From: a virus
Taxonomy: Duplodnaviria > Caudoviricetes
Reading direction: 5' to 3' (one strand)
IMG/VR virus record: IMGVR_UViG_3300037167_000012
Span: 1 to 57,215 of that record
DNA length: 57,215 nt
Shown: piece by piece, positions 1 to 8,809 of the stretch
Position numbering within the stretch: position 1 is the stretch's first letter
Layout of the letters: the number at the start of each line of letters is the position of its first letter
Notes under the pieces: generated by a model
What the model saw: only the letters and a program-made list of their open reading frames with translations
The model's database searches: none
Told to the model about the DNA's origin: nothing
Made by a program: the position numbers and the translations under genes

Positions 1-92
1 ATATAAATAGCGTGATACCGGGGAATTATCGAGACGCCTGGTTGACACAGCCCAGCATATGCGCCAAATTGTGACAGCAATGACTATCACCC
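1..92. repeat. Terminal direct repeat, left copy (92 bp)
   Basis: 1-92 is identical to 57124-57215; indicates a circularly complete contig. Confidence 0.97.
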
Positions 93-391
93 CTGAGTAC
101 CGCAACTTGCTTGTAGCAGAACGAAAGCTGATTGAAGTCATTGCAGCCACGTCGCTTGCGCGTGAAGCAGCGGCAGCAGCAGCGTCGCTGTGCAAGGTGA
201 TTGATTGTAAGAAAGAGCTTAGGCTGTACTATCACAGCAACCGCGCACCACGCACGCAAGCCATCATCCAGGCACCGATAGAACTCATCGAAGACTCAAA
301 GGAATCTCTTTCACCCGACCTGGTCCCCACACCACCCACCCCCAAGCCCCTAGCAGGCGGCGGCGACCTTGATACAAACCCACCTCACTGA
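80..391 (+). CDS. Hypothetical protein (helical N-terminus, Pro-rich tail; small terminase subunit possible but unsupported)
   Basis: ORF 59..391; ATG at 80 preferred because TTGACA lies at 42-47. Confidence 0.5.
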   Translation: MTITPEYRNLLVAERKLIEVIAATSLAREAAAAAASLCKVIDCKKELRLYYHSNRAPRTQAIIQAPIELIEDSKESLSPDLVPTPPTPKPLAGGGDLDTNPPH

Positions 392-404
392 ACACACCTG
401 ATTT

Positions 405-608
405 ATGTACACCGACCCAGGAGTTGAGCATGACGTGTTGGTGGAGGCTCATTCTCGTCACGACCATGAGGCTCACGTTGTCTGCATGTGGCAGAGGGCG
501 AAGTATCGTGGCGGGTTCGGGTATCCGCCCGACCCAAAGCCCAGGAGACCGAGGGTGGTGAGGGTGATTGACGCTTCCGGAAACATCTCTGAAGAATTGA
601 GGCCATGA
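405..608 (+). CDS. Hypothetical protein
   Basis: 67-aa ORF starting 13 nt after the previous stop; no motif. Confidence 0.35.
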   Translation: MYTDPGVEHDVLVEAHSRHDHEAHVVCMWQRAKYRGGFGYPPDPKPRRPRVVRVIDASGNISEELRP

Positions 609-879
609 CTGGCCCACATTCGCTCCACGATTCGATTACAGGCGTCTTATGATGTTGGGGCCGCAATGTAGCTGTGGGGGTGGGTAGGGCAAGCCCAGCG
701 AGGCTTTGCGAGCGGAGGGTGTGGGTTGGAGTGGGTGGTGGGTTCTGGACTCCTGTGCTTCTTTGCGCTCTCCCCGTTTTTGCGACGGATGGGCTGGAGG
801 TGGGGTTGGTGTATTTGTCTGCTTCTGCTTCTGAGTTGTACACGTTTTGTGACAAATGTATAAATGTGTAAGAATGTTG

Positions 880-907
880 TTGACATCGAAACATAGTGTG
901 ATAATGT
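880..907 (+). promoter_or_regulatory. Sigma70-type promoter, probably leaderless, for 915..1427
   Basis: TTGACA 880-885, 16 bp, TAATGT 902-907, ATG at 915, no SD. Confidence 0.6.
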
Positions 908-914
908 CAAACCC

Positions 915-1427
915 ATGTACGGAAAATGCTATGAGGCAATGTACGAAGGTTCAATGATTGGTGCTGGAATGCACGTTTTCGCAGTCTGGAACTACATCAT
1001 CACAAAGGCGCGCGGGGGCGCGGTTGAAATCAATCCAAAGCTATTGGCGTTTACGTTGGGAGGGACAGAGCAGCAGGTAAGGGACGCTTTGGAGTTCTTG
1101 TCGTCACCCGACCCGGAGAGCCGGTCGAAGCTGGAGGAGGGCCGCAGGATAGTGCGGGAGGGAGAGTTCCAGTACCGGCTGGTGAACTGGGAGTATTACC
1201 AGCGAATCAAGACGGCGGAGGACAAACGGGAGTACAACCGGGTGAAGCAGGCGGAGTACCGGGCGCTGAAGAAGAAGCTCAAAATCAGGAAGCCGGCTGG
1301 CAGCGGGCCATTGCCCGGCGAATCGGCGGCAGTGAAGATGTTTGAAAACGGCTATACTGACAAGGATGGTCTTCCCGCCGGCCCCGACGATGAACTGGAA
1401 GAACTCAGGGAAAAGGACGCGTCGTGA
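915..1427 (+). CDS. Phage replication initiator / replisome-organiser-like protein
   Basis: MYGK...PDPESRSKLEEGRRI...YRLVNWEYYQ...KREYNRVKQAEYR matches the N-terminal winged-helix region of phage initiators. Confidence 0.65.
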   Translation: MYGKCYEAMYEGSMIGAGMHVFAVWNYIITKARGGAVEINPKLLAFTLGGTEQQVRDALEFLSSPDPESRSKLEEGRRIVREGEFQYRLVNWEYYQRIKTAEDKREYNRVKQAEYRALKKKLKIRKPAGSGPLPGESAAVKMFENGYTDKDGLPAGPDDELEELREKDAS

Positions 1428-1609
1428 AAATAAGCCGCAGGCCGACGATTCGGGAAATAATCAGGTGGCAGGTCGAGAACGACCCTCAGACCATCAAAGA
1501 CCAGCAGACAATGATGGAGAAGTGGGGGATTGACGTCCGCCCCCGTAAAAAGGCCATAAAACTGATTAAACGGGATGGCCTTTGGGGGTACGCTTCTCTG
1601 TCTCCCTGA
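1424..1609 (+). CDS. Hypothetical protein
   Basis: GTGA overlap with upstream stop; 61 aa. Confidence 0.4.
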   Translation: MKISRRPTIREIIRWQVENDPQTIKDQQTMMEKWGIDVRPRKKAIKLIKRDGLWGYASLSP

Positions 1610-1940
1610 TGAACCATTCCTCCAGCACGGGATTCCAGCGTCGGCGACCGGCTTCAAGCTGATGCAGGAACCCGTGGCTGATGTGCAGGCGCTGGGCCAT
1701 CCGGCGAAGGCTGATGTGGGCGGCCAGCCGCAGCTTCTTCAGTTCCGCGCCAATGGCGGCCTGATTTGGCTCGATTCCGGTGCCCCGGCAGCGCTTGCAT
1801 TTGTCCCCAATTGGGGACGTTTTTGTCTTGCGGAATTCAACCCGCAATGGGTTCCGGTCGGGCAGCAGTTTGTAGAACTTCACAGGCCCATCTTCCCACA
1901 CTGGTTGCAATTCTGCAAACGAAAACTGTTGACGGCTCAT
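1566..1940 (-). CDS. XRE-family HTH protein with CxxCxGxG knuckle
   Basis: LKKLRLAAHISLRRMAQRLHISHGFLHQLEAGRR helix-turn-helix; CKRCRGTG. Confidence 0.75.
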   Translation of the reverse strand: MSRQQFSFAELQPVWEDGPVKFYKLLPDRNPLRVEFRKTKTSPIGDKCKRCRGTGIEPNQAAIGAELKKLRLAAHISLRRMAQRLHISHGFLHQLEAGRRRWNPVLEEWFIRETEKRTPKGHPV

Positions 1941-1963
1941 TCGTCCCGTGGTAACAGTCCTTC

Positions 1964-2644
1964 ATGGCAGCACTAAAGAACCGGCAGATGCAGGTGCCTC
2001 ACGGCATGAAATTCCAAATCCCGGAGGTCAAGTGGAGGTCGGCTCCCTTCGCCTCCTTCGACACCATCGTCAACCAGGCGACGGCCATCATCAATTCCAA
2101 CCCCGCGCTTCAGCAAACCTACCCGACCGACCGGGAATCTGTGGCGGCCCTCGTTGACCAGTTCAACACGATGATATGCCAGCAGAACGGATGGACGGCC
2201 TACATCACCGGCGACCCCTCCCCGCCGCCCCCAAAACCGATGGCCCCCGCGTCCCAGACAAGGATGGCGTCTGTTGCGGGGGCCGTAAAAAGGGTTAACG
2301 CCGGTGCCGCCCTGCTGCTGGAATGGGAAAAAACCGGTGAGCCGCCCGTCGAATCCGCCGAGGCCGTCCGCCGCTCCGTCATCTGCGAGACCTGTCCCCA
2401 AAACGGCAAGGGCGACCTGACCTCTTGGTTCACCGTCCCCGCCGCCGAACTCATCCGTGGCCGCATCGGTCGCCTGCACTCCCTCAAACTCACCACTCCC
2501 AGCGATGAAAAGCTGGGCGTCTGCATGGCGTGCATGTGCCCGCTCAAGCTCAAGGTGTGGGCACCGCTGCCGCTCATCAAAAAGCACCTATCCCAGGAGG
2601 TTAAAAACGACCTGCCAGCCCATTGCTGGATACTCGACAAGTGA
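1964..2644 (+). CDS. Cys-rich hypothetical protein (probable metal-binding C-terminal domain)
   Basis: ICETCPQN...VCMACMCPL...PAHCW; GTGA coupling to the next gene. Confidence 0.7.
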   Translation: MAALKNRQMQVPHGMKFQIPEVKWRSAPFASFDTIVNQATAIINSNPALQQTYPTDRESVAALVDQFNTMICQQNGWTAYITGDPSPPPPKPMAPASQTRMASVAGAVKRVNAGAALLLEWEKTGEPPVESAEAVRRSVICETCPQNGKGDLTSWFTVPAAELIRGRIGRLHSLKLTTPSDEKLGVCMACMCPLKLKVWAPLPLIKKHLSQEVKNDLPAHCWILDK

Positions 2645-4020
2645 AGCCCAACCTCAGGGACGTAACCCTTGTCATCATTGACTCCACACCCAAAAAACAT
2701 CTGGCTTACCGGGCGTTGGAGAAGTCAATGGAACAGTGCGATTTTGGCTCGGTCAAGTTCCTGTCGCCGCCCCTGTCCGGCCTTGAGGAGTACAGCAATT
2801 TCTGCATCCTGGAGCTTCACCAGCACGTCCAAACCACCCACTGTCTGCTGATTCAGTCCGACGGCTACGTCCTGAACGGGGACGCCTGGTGCGACGGGTT
2901 CCTCCAGTACGATTACATCGGCGCTCCGTGGCTCCCGTCCGGGCTGGTTGGCAACGGGGGATTCAGCCTCCGCAGCCGCAAGCTCCTGAAATATCTGGCC
3001 GCCAATCCCTTTGGTGACAACCCCCACCCGGAGGACAATTACATCTGCCTGCGCCATCGAAAGTCCCTTGAGGACGCCGGATTCAAGTTCCCTGAACTGG
3101 CCACCGCCCTGAAGTTCGCCTTCGAGGGCCGCTCCTGGAACGGCAGCGGTGAATGGGCCAGTGTTCCGCTGCGCTGGAACGGCTCATTCGGGTTCCATTC
3201 GTGGCTGACGCCGCTCCCGGAAATGTCCCAAACTGGGTTCAGAATTGACCGTCCAAGAATCTTCCATCACACCGGTGATTCAGGCGATGTCATCTATTCC
3301 ATCCCGGTGATTCGGGCGCTGGGCGGAGGCGTCCTGTTCCTGTCCGACGACAACAAGTTCCCGTTCCCCCGGCGCTCGCGCTCCACCGTCAACCCGGACT
3401 GGGTCAACAATCTGGCCCCGCTGCTGGAATCCCAGGATTGCATCTGGCGGGCGTCCTTCACCCATTCAACCCCCTTCTCCACTGACTACGACCTGAATCG
3501 GTTCCGCATTGAGTGGAGCCAGCCGCTCCAGACTCCGGTCAAGTCCATCTTCCAGCAGCACCTGGATGCCTTTGGTGTTCAGTGGCCCACGGACAGGCCC
3601 TGGCTGACGGTGGCCAGTCCCGTGGTTGACCGCCCCATCGTCGTCAATCTGACCTCCCGGTATCGCAACTACCACTTCCCCTGGCTGCATCTCATCAAAA
3701 AGTACGGCGACCAGATGGCCTTCATCGGCTCGGACAAAGAGTACGGCCTGTTCGACCAGCTCGCCTATGGCGTGGGCAAAAAGGTGCCCTGGCTCAAGAC
3801 TTCCAACCTGCTGGTGGCCGCCCGAATCATTGCCGGGGCCAGGGTGTTCATCGGGAACCAGTCCTGCCCGATGGCCATTGCCCTGGGCCTGGGCAAGAAC
3901 ATCATCCAGGAATGCTGGCAGGGGAACCCCAACTGTTTCCTGCCGCGCAAGAACGTGATTTACTGGGGATTGGGAACCGTTGACCCGGAACTGTCCATCC
4001 CGGAGGAGTTCTTCCAATGA
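2641..4020 (+). CDS. Two-domain glycosyltransferase (DUF5672-like N-terminus + GT-B/GT9-like C-terminus)
   Basis: LLIQSDGYVLN, YDYIGAPW, VGNGGFSLRSRK, HPEDNYIC; then GDSGDVIYSIP and IAGARVFIGNQSCPMAIA. Confidence 0.8.
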   Translation: MKPNLRDVTLVIIDSTPKKHLAYRALEKSMEQCDFGSVKFLSPPLSGLEEYSNFCILELHQHVQTTHCLLIQSDGYVLNGDAWCDGFLQYDYIGAPWLPSGLVGNGGFSLRSRKLLKYLAANPFGDNPHPEDNYICLRHRKSLEDAGFKFPELATALKFAFEGRSWNGSGEWASVPLRWNGSFGFHSWLTPLPEMSQTGFRIDRPRIFHHTGDSGDVIYSIPVIRALGGGVLFLSDDNKFPFPRRSRSTVNPDWVNNLAPLLESQDCIWRASFTHSTPFSTDYDLNRFRIEWSQPLQTPVKSIFQQHLDAFGVQWPTDRPWLTVASPVVDRPIVVNLTSRYRNYHFPWLHLIKKYGDQMAFIGSDKEYGLFDQLAYGVGKKVPWLKTSNLLVAARIIAGARVFIGNQSCPMAIALGLGKNIIQECWQGNPNCFLPRKNVIYWGLGTVDPELSIPEEFFQ

Positions 4021-4703
4021 ACCTCACCGCCGTCACCTGCACCGGAGACCGGCCCGAAGCTTTTCTGCTCTGCCAGTTGTGGATGTCGAGACAGACCGTG
4101 CAACCCTCGCAATGGATTGTGCTGGACGACGGCCACACCCCGGTGCGATGCCTGATGGGTCAGACCCACCTGATACTGCCATACGCTTCCGATGGCAGCC
4201 TTACCAAAAAACTGACTCATCTGGCATCTTCTGGGCTGGTCAAGGACGGCGGCATTGTCTTCTGGGAAGATGATGACTGGTACTCTCCGCGCTGGCTGGA
4301 GTTCTGTGCGCGCGCCCTGGAGTCGCATGAGATAATCGGCGAGGGAAACGCAATCTATTACAACGTCGGATGGCGTCAGTGGTATGCCCACTACAACATG
4401 GCCCACGCCTCCCTCTGCTCCACCGCCATCCGGCAAACGGCCCTGTGCGCCCTGGAATGGGAGGCCAAAGACCCCGGCCCTTTCATTGACGCCCGAATCT
4501 GGCTGCATGAGCGGCCCCGCAAGGTCTATGACCAGGGAACTGACAAGCTGGTGGTCGGCATCAAGGGAATGCCCGGAAGACAGGGCTATGGCAACGGCCA
4601 CGGCCCCGACGAACCCAACGCCCACGCCGACCATTCGCTGGACAAACTGCGCTCCCTCATCCACGGTGATGCGGAGCTATACGCCCCCTTTTACCATTTA
4701 TGA
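4017..4703 (+). CDS. GT-A fold (GT2-like) glycosyltransferase
   Basis: VTCTGDRP, WIVLDDG, VFWEDDDWY DxD motif; ATGA overlaps. Confidence 0.8.
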   Translation: MNLTAVTCTGDRPEAFLLCQLWMSRQTVQPSQWIVLDDGHTPVRCLMGQTHLILPYASDGSLTKKLTHLASSGLVKDGGIVFWEDDDWYSPRWLEFCARALESHEIIGEGNAIYYNVGWRQWYAHYNMAHASLCSTAIRQTALCALEWEAKDPGPFIDARIWLHERPRKVYDQGTDKLVVGIKGMPGRQGYGNGHGPDEPNAHADHSLDKLRSLIHGDAELYAPFYHL

Positions 4704-5377
4704 CCGCCTACGAAGAACTCATCCAAAAAATCCACCTGGGCATCAACCCCTACGCCGACTATCCCAGCGCGTACTGGCCGCCGGACTATTTCGCCTTCGG
4801 CCCCGGCCAGCCCATCTTCGACGAGCTGGTGGCGGAGATAAAACCCAGGCTCATCATCGAGGTCGGCTCTTTTCTGGGCGGCTCAGCCATCACCATGGGT
4901 GGGGCCATAAAGCGTCTGGGGCTGACCGGCTCGGCCATTCTCTGCGTGGACACCTGGCTGGCCGAGCAGATTCTGTGGTCAATGCCGGAGCATCGGGTGA
5001 AGCTGAAAATCCAGTTTGGCCGCCCCTGCTTCTACTACACGTTCCTCTCCAACGTCCTGGGCAGGAAGCTGGAGGATGTCATTGTCCCGCTGCCCATGCC
5101 CAGCATTTCGGCGGGAAGGTACATCCGGGAACTTGGCATTCAAAAGGCCCAGCTCATCTACATTGACGGCTGCCATGAGGAGGGCGACTGCCTGCGCGAC
5201 CTTGAGATGTACTGGGAATTTCTGGAGCCGGGCGGAACCATGCTGGTGGATGATTACGACCCCCACGAAAAGATGTTCGTCGGACTGATTCGGGACGTGG
5301 ACAAGTTCTGTTTGGCGAAGGGCCTGACGAAGCGAATCGTCATCAACAAGGTCGTGCTTAAAAAGCCCGCCGCATGA
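4700..5377 (+). CDS. Class I SAM-dependent methyltransferase (Methyltransf_24-like)
   Basis: IIEVGSFLGGSA, CVDTW, LIYIDGCH, LEPGGTMLVDDY. Confidence 0.88.
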   Translation: MTAYEELIQKIHLGINPYADYPSAYWPPDYFAFGPGQPIFDELVAEIKPRLIIEVGSFLGGSAITMGGAIKRLGLTGSAILCVDTWLAEQILWSMPEHRVKLKIQFGRPCFYYTFLSNVLGRKLEDVIVPLPMPSISAGRYIRELGIQKAQLIYIDGCHEEGDCLRDLEMYWEFLEPGGTMLVDDYDPHEKMFVGLIRDVDKFCLAKGLTKRIVINKVVLKKPAA

Positions 5378-6123
5378 ACATTGACGTTCACATCCTGGGA
5401 CGCGACGAGGCGGAAATCCTGCCCTACGCCTTCCGCCATTACCTCACGTTCGCATCCGAAATCACGCTGCACGACATGGGCAGCACCGACAACAGCTTGG
5501 AAATCGCCTTTCACCACGGCGTCAAAGTCCGGCACTGGGACACCAAGGACAAGGTGGATGACCGGGTCAACATGCGAATCAAGAACGAATGCTGGCTGGG
5601 AACCAAGGCCGACTGGGTCATGGTGGTGGACGCCGACGAGTTCATTTATTTCCCGGAAGGTGCCGTTTCCACCCTCTCCTGGTACGTCATGGCCGGGCTT
5701 CCACTGGTTCGTCCCCAAGGCTACGAAATGTTCTCGTCCGTTGAGCCTTCCGGCGAGGGCCAGATATACGATGAAATCAAGGACGGCGCGCGCGACGACC
5801 ACTGGTACGGCAAGCCCTGTGTGTTCTCGCCCCTGCTGGTGGCGGCGATGGAATTCGCCCCCGGAGCGCACACCTCGATTGCCACACTGAAGGACGGAAG
5901 CACATTCGGCAGTCCGGGAATTCCGACCGAGCCTCCGTTTTACCTATTGCATTATCATCAAATCGGGCCTATTGAAAGGATTGCCAAAAAGTATGACCGA
6001 ACCCGCTCCAGAATGTGTGAAGCCAATGTCCAGCACGGCTGGGGCAACTTCGAGCCGGGCATCAAGCACGCCCTCGACAAACGCAACATGATACTTTCAA
6101 GATTGGAACGAGTGATACCATGA
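5374..6123 (+). CDS. GT-A fold (GT2-like) glycosyltransferase
   Basis: RDEAEILPYAFRHY, HDMGSTDNS, WVMVVDADEF, LLHYH. Confidence 0.85.
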   Translation: MNIDVHILGRDEAEILPYAFRHYLTFASEITLHDMGSTDNSLEIAFHHGVKVRHWDTKDKVDDRVNMRIKNECWLGTKADWVMVVDADEFIYFPEGAVSTLSWYVMAGLPLVRPQGYEMFSSVEPSGEGQIYDEIKDGARDDHWYGKPCVFSPLLVAAMEFAPGAHTSIATLKDGSTFGSPGIPTEPPFYLLHYHQIGPIERIAKKYDRTRSRMCEANVQHGWGNFEPGIKHALDKRNMILSRLERVIP

Positions 6124-8426
6124 ATTTCAAAACTGCGGAACAGGTCGAATCGGTCTGCTATGACATGAAACTTGCCGACTACACGCGCGGCAAGAACCGG
6201 GCGAGAATCAACAACCTGTTCAACGGGGTCAAGCCCTTCGAGAATGACGAGGAGAACCCCATCAACGTGAATTTCCTGGGAGGCACAGTCATCGCCCATG
6301 ACGCCCGCGCCCAGTTCAACTCGGCCTTCCTGAAGCCCGGAAAGTATTTCAGCGCCAGCGTGGACAGCGGCCCGACGCACAAGCGCTCCATCTGGTCTGC
6401 CGTCGTGACCAAGGAGATGAACCGAATCATGGGCCGCTCGATGGTTTATTACGAGACCTTCCGCAGCAAGTTTGCGATGGACGTGCTGCACGGAATCGGG
6501 CCTGCCGCGTGGCGCAACAAGGACTGCTGGCTGCCCAACGCCGTCGGGGTCGAGGACGTTGGCATCCCCGCCAACACGCTCCTGACGATGGAGAACCTCC
6601 CCTTCTTCTACATCTACCGCTCCTACACCGTTCCCGAACTCATCAAGCTGACCCGCAACCGGGACGTGGCGAAGAAGGCTGGGTGGAATCTTGCGCTGGT
6701 TGACCAGTGCGTCGAGTGGGTTGACCGGGAAACGATTGCCCTGATGGGAACCAACTGGCCCGAAGTCTGGTCGCCGGAGAAGACCGTCGAGCGCACCAAG
6801 GGCGATGGCGTGTTCTACGCCTCCGACCAGGTGCCGACGATTGACTGCTTCGATTTCTATTTCTGGAACGACGATGACAAGCATGAGGGCTGGAACCGGC
6901 GCATCATACTGGATTCGTGGTCGGCCCCCCAGTCCGGCACCGGGCGAGGCGAGAGCACCAGGATGGAGCGGAACGACAAGGAGGGTGTTGACCGCAACCA
7001 GTTCTTGTTCAACTCCGGCAACCGCAAGTATGCCGACCAGCTTTCAGAACTCGTCTCCTTCCAGTTTGCCGACCTGTCAAGCGTGGCCCCCTTCCGCTAT
7101 CACAGCGTCCGGTCGCTGGGCTTCCTGCTCTATGCCGTATGCCATCTCCAGAACCGGATGCGCTGCCGCTTCAACGCCGCCGTGTTCGAGGCGCTGATGA
7201 ACTATTACCGGGTCAAGTCAATGGACGACGTGGAGCGGGCGCTCAAGCTGGACATGGTCAACCAGGGGTTCATAGACGAGACCATCCATTTCGTGAAGCC
7301 CGACGAGCGCTGGCAGGTCAATGCCAATCTCATCGAGCTGGGCATGGTGGAGAACCAGCGCATCATAGACAAGAACTCAAGCTCCTGGACGGCCCAGCAG
7401 GGCCAGAACCAGCCCGGCGACCGCAAGACCAAGTTCCAGGTCATGGCCGAGATGAACCAGTCCACCGCGCTGGTGTCCGCCGCGCTGGGCCAGGCGTACC
7501 ATTATCAGGAGCCGGAATACCGGGAAATCTTCCGCCGGTTCTGCAACAAGAAATCCCAGGACAGGGACGTGCTTTCCTTCCGCGCCGCCGTGCTGCGTCA
7601 GGGGGTTCCCGAATCCGTGCTCAATGCGGAATGCTGGGACATCGAGCCGACCCGCATCATGGGGGCCGGTAACAAGACCCTGGAAATGGCCATCTCCGAA
7701 CAGTTGATGCAGATGCGAAACCTGTACGACCCGGAGCCTCAGCGGGATATTCTGCGGGACGTTACGCTGGCCATCACCGACGACCCGGCCCGCGCTCTGC
7801 GCCTGGTGCCGGAGCAGCCGCTCAAGATTTCAGACACCGTCCACGACGCCCAGTTGAGTATGGGCACGCTGATGATGGGCTTCCCCGTCGCCGTCAAGAC
7901 CGGCCAGAACCACAAGGAGTTCATCATGGTGCTGCTGACCGAGCTGGGCCAAATCATCCAGCAGACCGAGCAGTCCGGCGGCATGGCCCCGCCCGACAAA
8001 ATCAAGGGCTTCCAGATGGTGGCCCAGTGCATCGAGCAGCATCTGAAGGTGCTGGCTCAGGACAAGGATGAGAAACAGTTCGTGGCACAGGCCGAGAAGC
8101 AGCTCGCCAAGCTGATGAACCTGGTCAAGGCGTTCATCCAGCGCTTGCAAGAGCAGATGAAGAAGCAGCAGCAATCGCAGGGCGACGGAGTTGACCCGCA
8201 GACCAAGGCCAAGATGCAGGCGCAGGTCATCACCGCCCAGTCCAAGGCGAAGATTTCTCAGGACAGCCACACGCAGAAGACCGCCCAGCGGCAGGTGGCC
8301 TTCGAGATGGAGGAACAGCGCAAGCAGCGCGATTTCGACGCCGAGCAGCACCGCAAGAACGTCGAGGCGCTGCATGAGGCCGGGAGAACCAACCTGAAAT
8401 CAATGAGTGAGGGAGAGGGTGAATGA
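6120..8426 (+). CDS. Portal protein (P22-like, long Gln-rich C-terminal helical barrel)
   Basis: 768 aa; position before scaffold/capsid; HGIG turn, KTKFQV motif, Q/E/K-rich coiled C-terminus. Confidence 0.7.
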   Translation: MNFKTAEQVESVCYDMKLADYTRGKNRARINNLFNGVKPFENDEENPINVNFLGGTVIAHDARAQFNSAFLKPGKYFSASVDSGPTHKRSIWSAVVTKEMNRIMGRSMVYYETFRSKFAMDVLHGIGPAAWRNKDCWLPNAVGVEDVGIPANTLLTMENLPFFYIYRSYTVPELIKLTRNRDVAKKAGWNLALVDQCVEWVDRETIALMGTNWPEVWSPEKTVERTKGDGVFYASDQVPTIDCFDFYFWNDDDKHEGWNRRIILDSWSAPQSGTGRGESTRMERNDKEGVDRNQFLFNSGNRKYADQLSELVSFQFADLSSVAPFRYHSVRSLGFLLYAVCHLQNRMRCRFNAAVFEALMNYYRVKSMDDVERALKLDMVNQGFIDETIHFVKPDERWQVNANLIELGMVENQRIIDKNSSSWTAQQGQNQPGDRKTKFQVMAEMNQSTALVSAALGQAYHYQEPEYREIFRRFCNKKSQDRDVLSFRAAVLRQGVPESVLNAECWDIEPTRIMGAGNKTLEMAISEQLMQMRNLYDPEPQRDILRDVTLAITDDPARALRLVPEQPLKISDTVHDAQLSMGTLMMGFPVAVKTGQNHKEFIMVLLTELGQIIQQTEQSGGMAPPDKIKGFQMVAQCIEQHLKVLAQDKDEKQFVAQAEKQLAKLMNLVKAFIQRLQEQMKKQQQSQGDGVDPQTKAKMQAQVITAQSKAKISQDSHTQKTAQRQVAFEMEEQRKQRDFDAEQHRKNVEALHEAGRTNLKSMSEGEGE

Positions 8427-8809
8427 ACGTAAGCATCAAGGTCATTCCGCACAAGATGCAACGCTACGAAACCGTCGGCGACTGGGTCTTCCTTCCCGAC
8501 GGCTCGCTGGAAATTCTGGTCAGCAAGATGTCCGACTGGCGCTATGAGATGCTGGTGGCCGTCCATGAACTGGTAGAAGTGCTACTGTGCAAGGTAGCCG
8601 GGGTGACACAGGAGTCTGTGGACGCCTTCGACATCGCCTTCGAGAAGCAGCGCGAAAAATCACTGACCCTTGATACCCGCGAGCCGGGCGACGAGCCTGA
8701 CGCCCCCTACCATGTCCAGCATTGTCTTGCAACCGGAGTGGAGAGAATCGTGGCCGCGTTCATGGGCGTGAAGTGGTCGGTGTATGAGACTGAAATCAAC
8801 AGCCTATGA
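8423..8809 (+). CDS. Small putative metal-binding protein (HExxE motif)
   Basis: VAVHELVEVLL and YHVQHCLATGVE; ATGA-coupled on both sides. Confidence 0.55.
   Translation: MNVSIKVIPHKMQRYETVGDWVFLPDGSLEILVSKMSDWRYEMLVAVHELVEVLLCKVAGVTQESVDAFDIAFEKQREKSLTLDTREPGDEPDAPYHVQHCLATGVERIVAAFMGVKWSVYETEINSL

Noticed and set aside
403-894. 163-aa - strand ORF and 674..871 + ORF
   Set aside because: Low-complexity translations of a skewed, probably non-coding region; no convincing start signals
1566-1940. Lysogeny module
   Set aside because: A lone XRE HTH; no integrase, ParA or CI peptidase domain found, so lifestyle is undetermined
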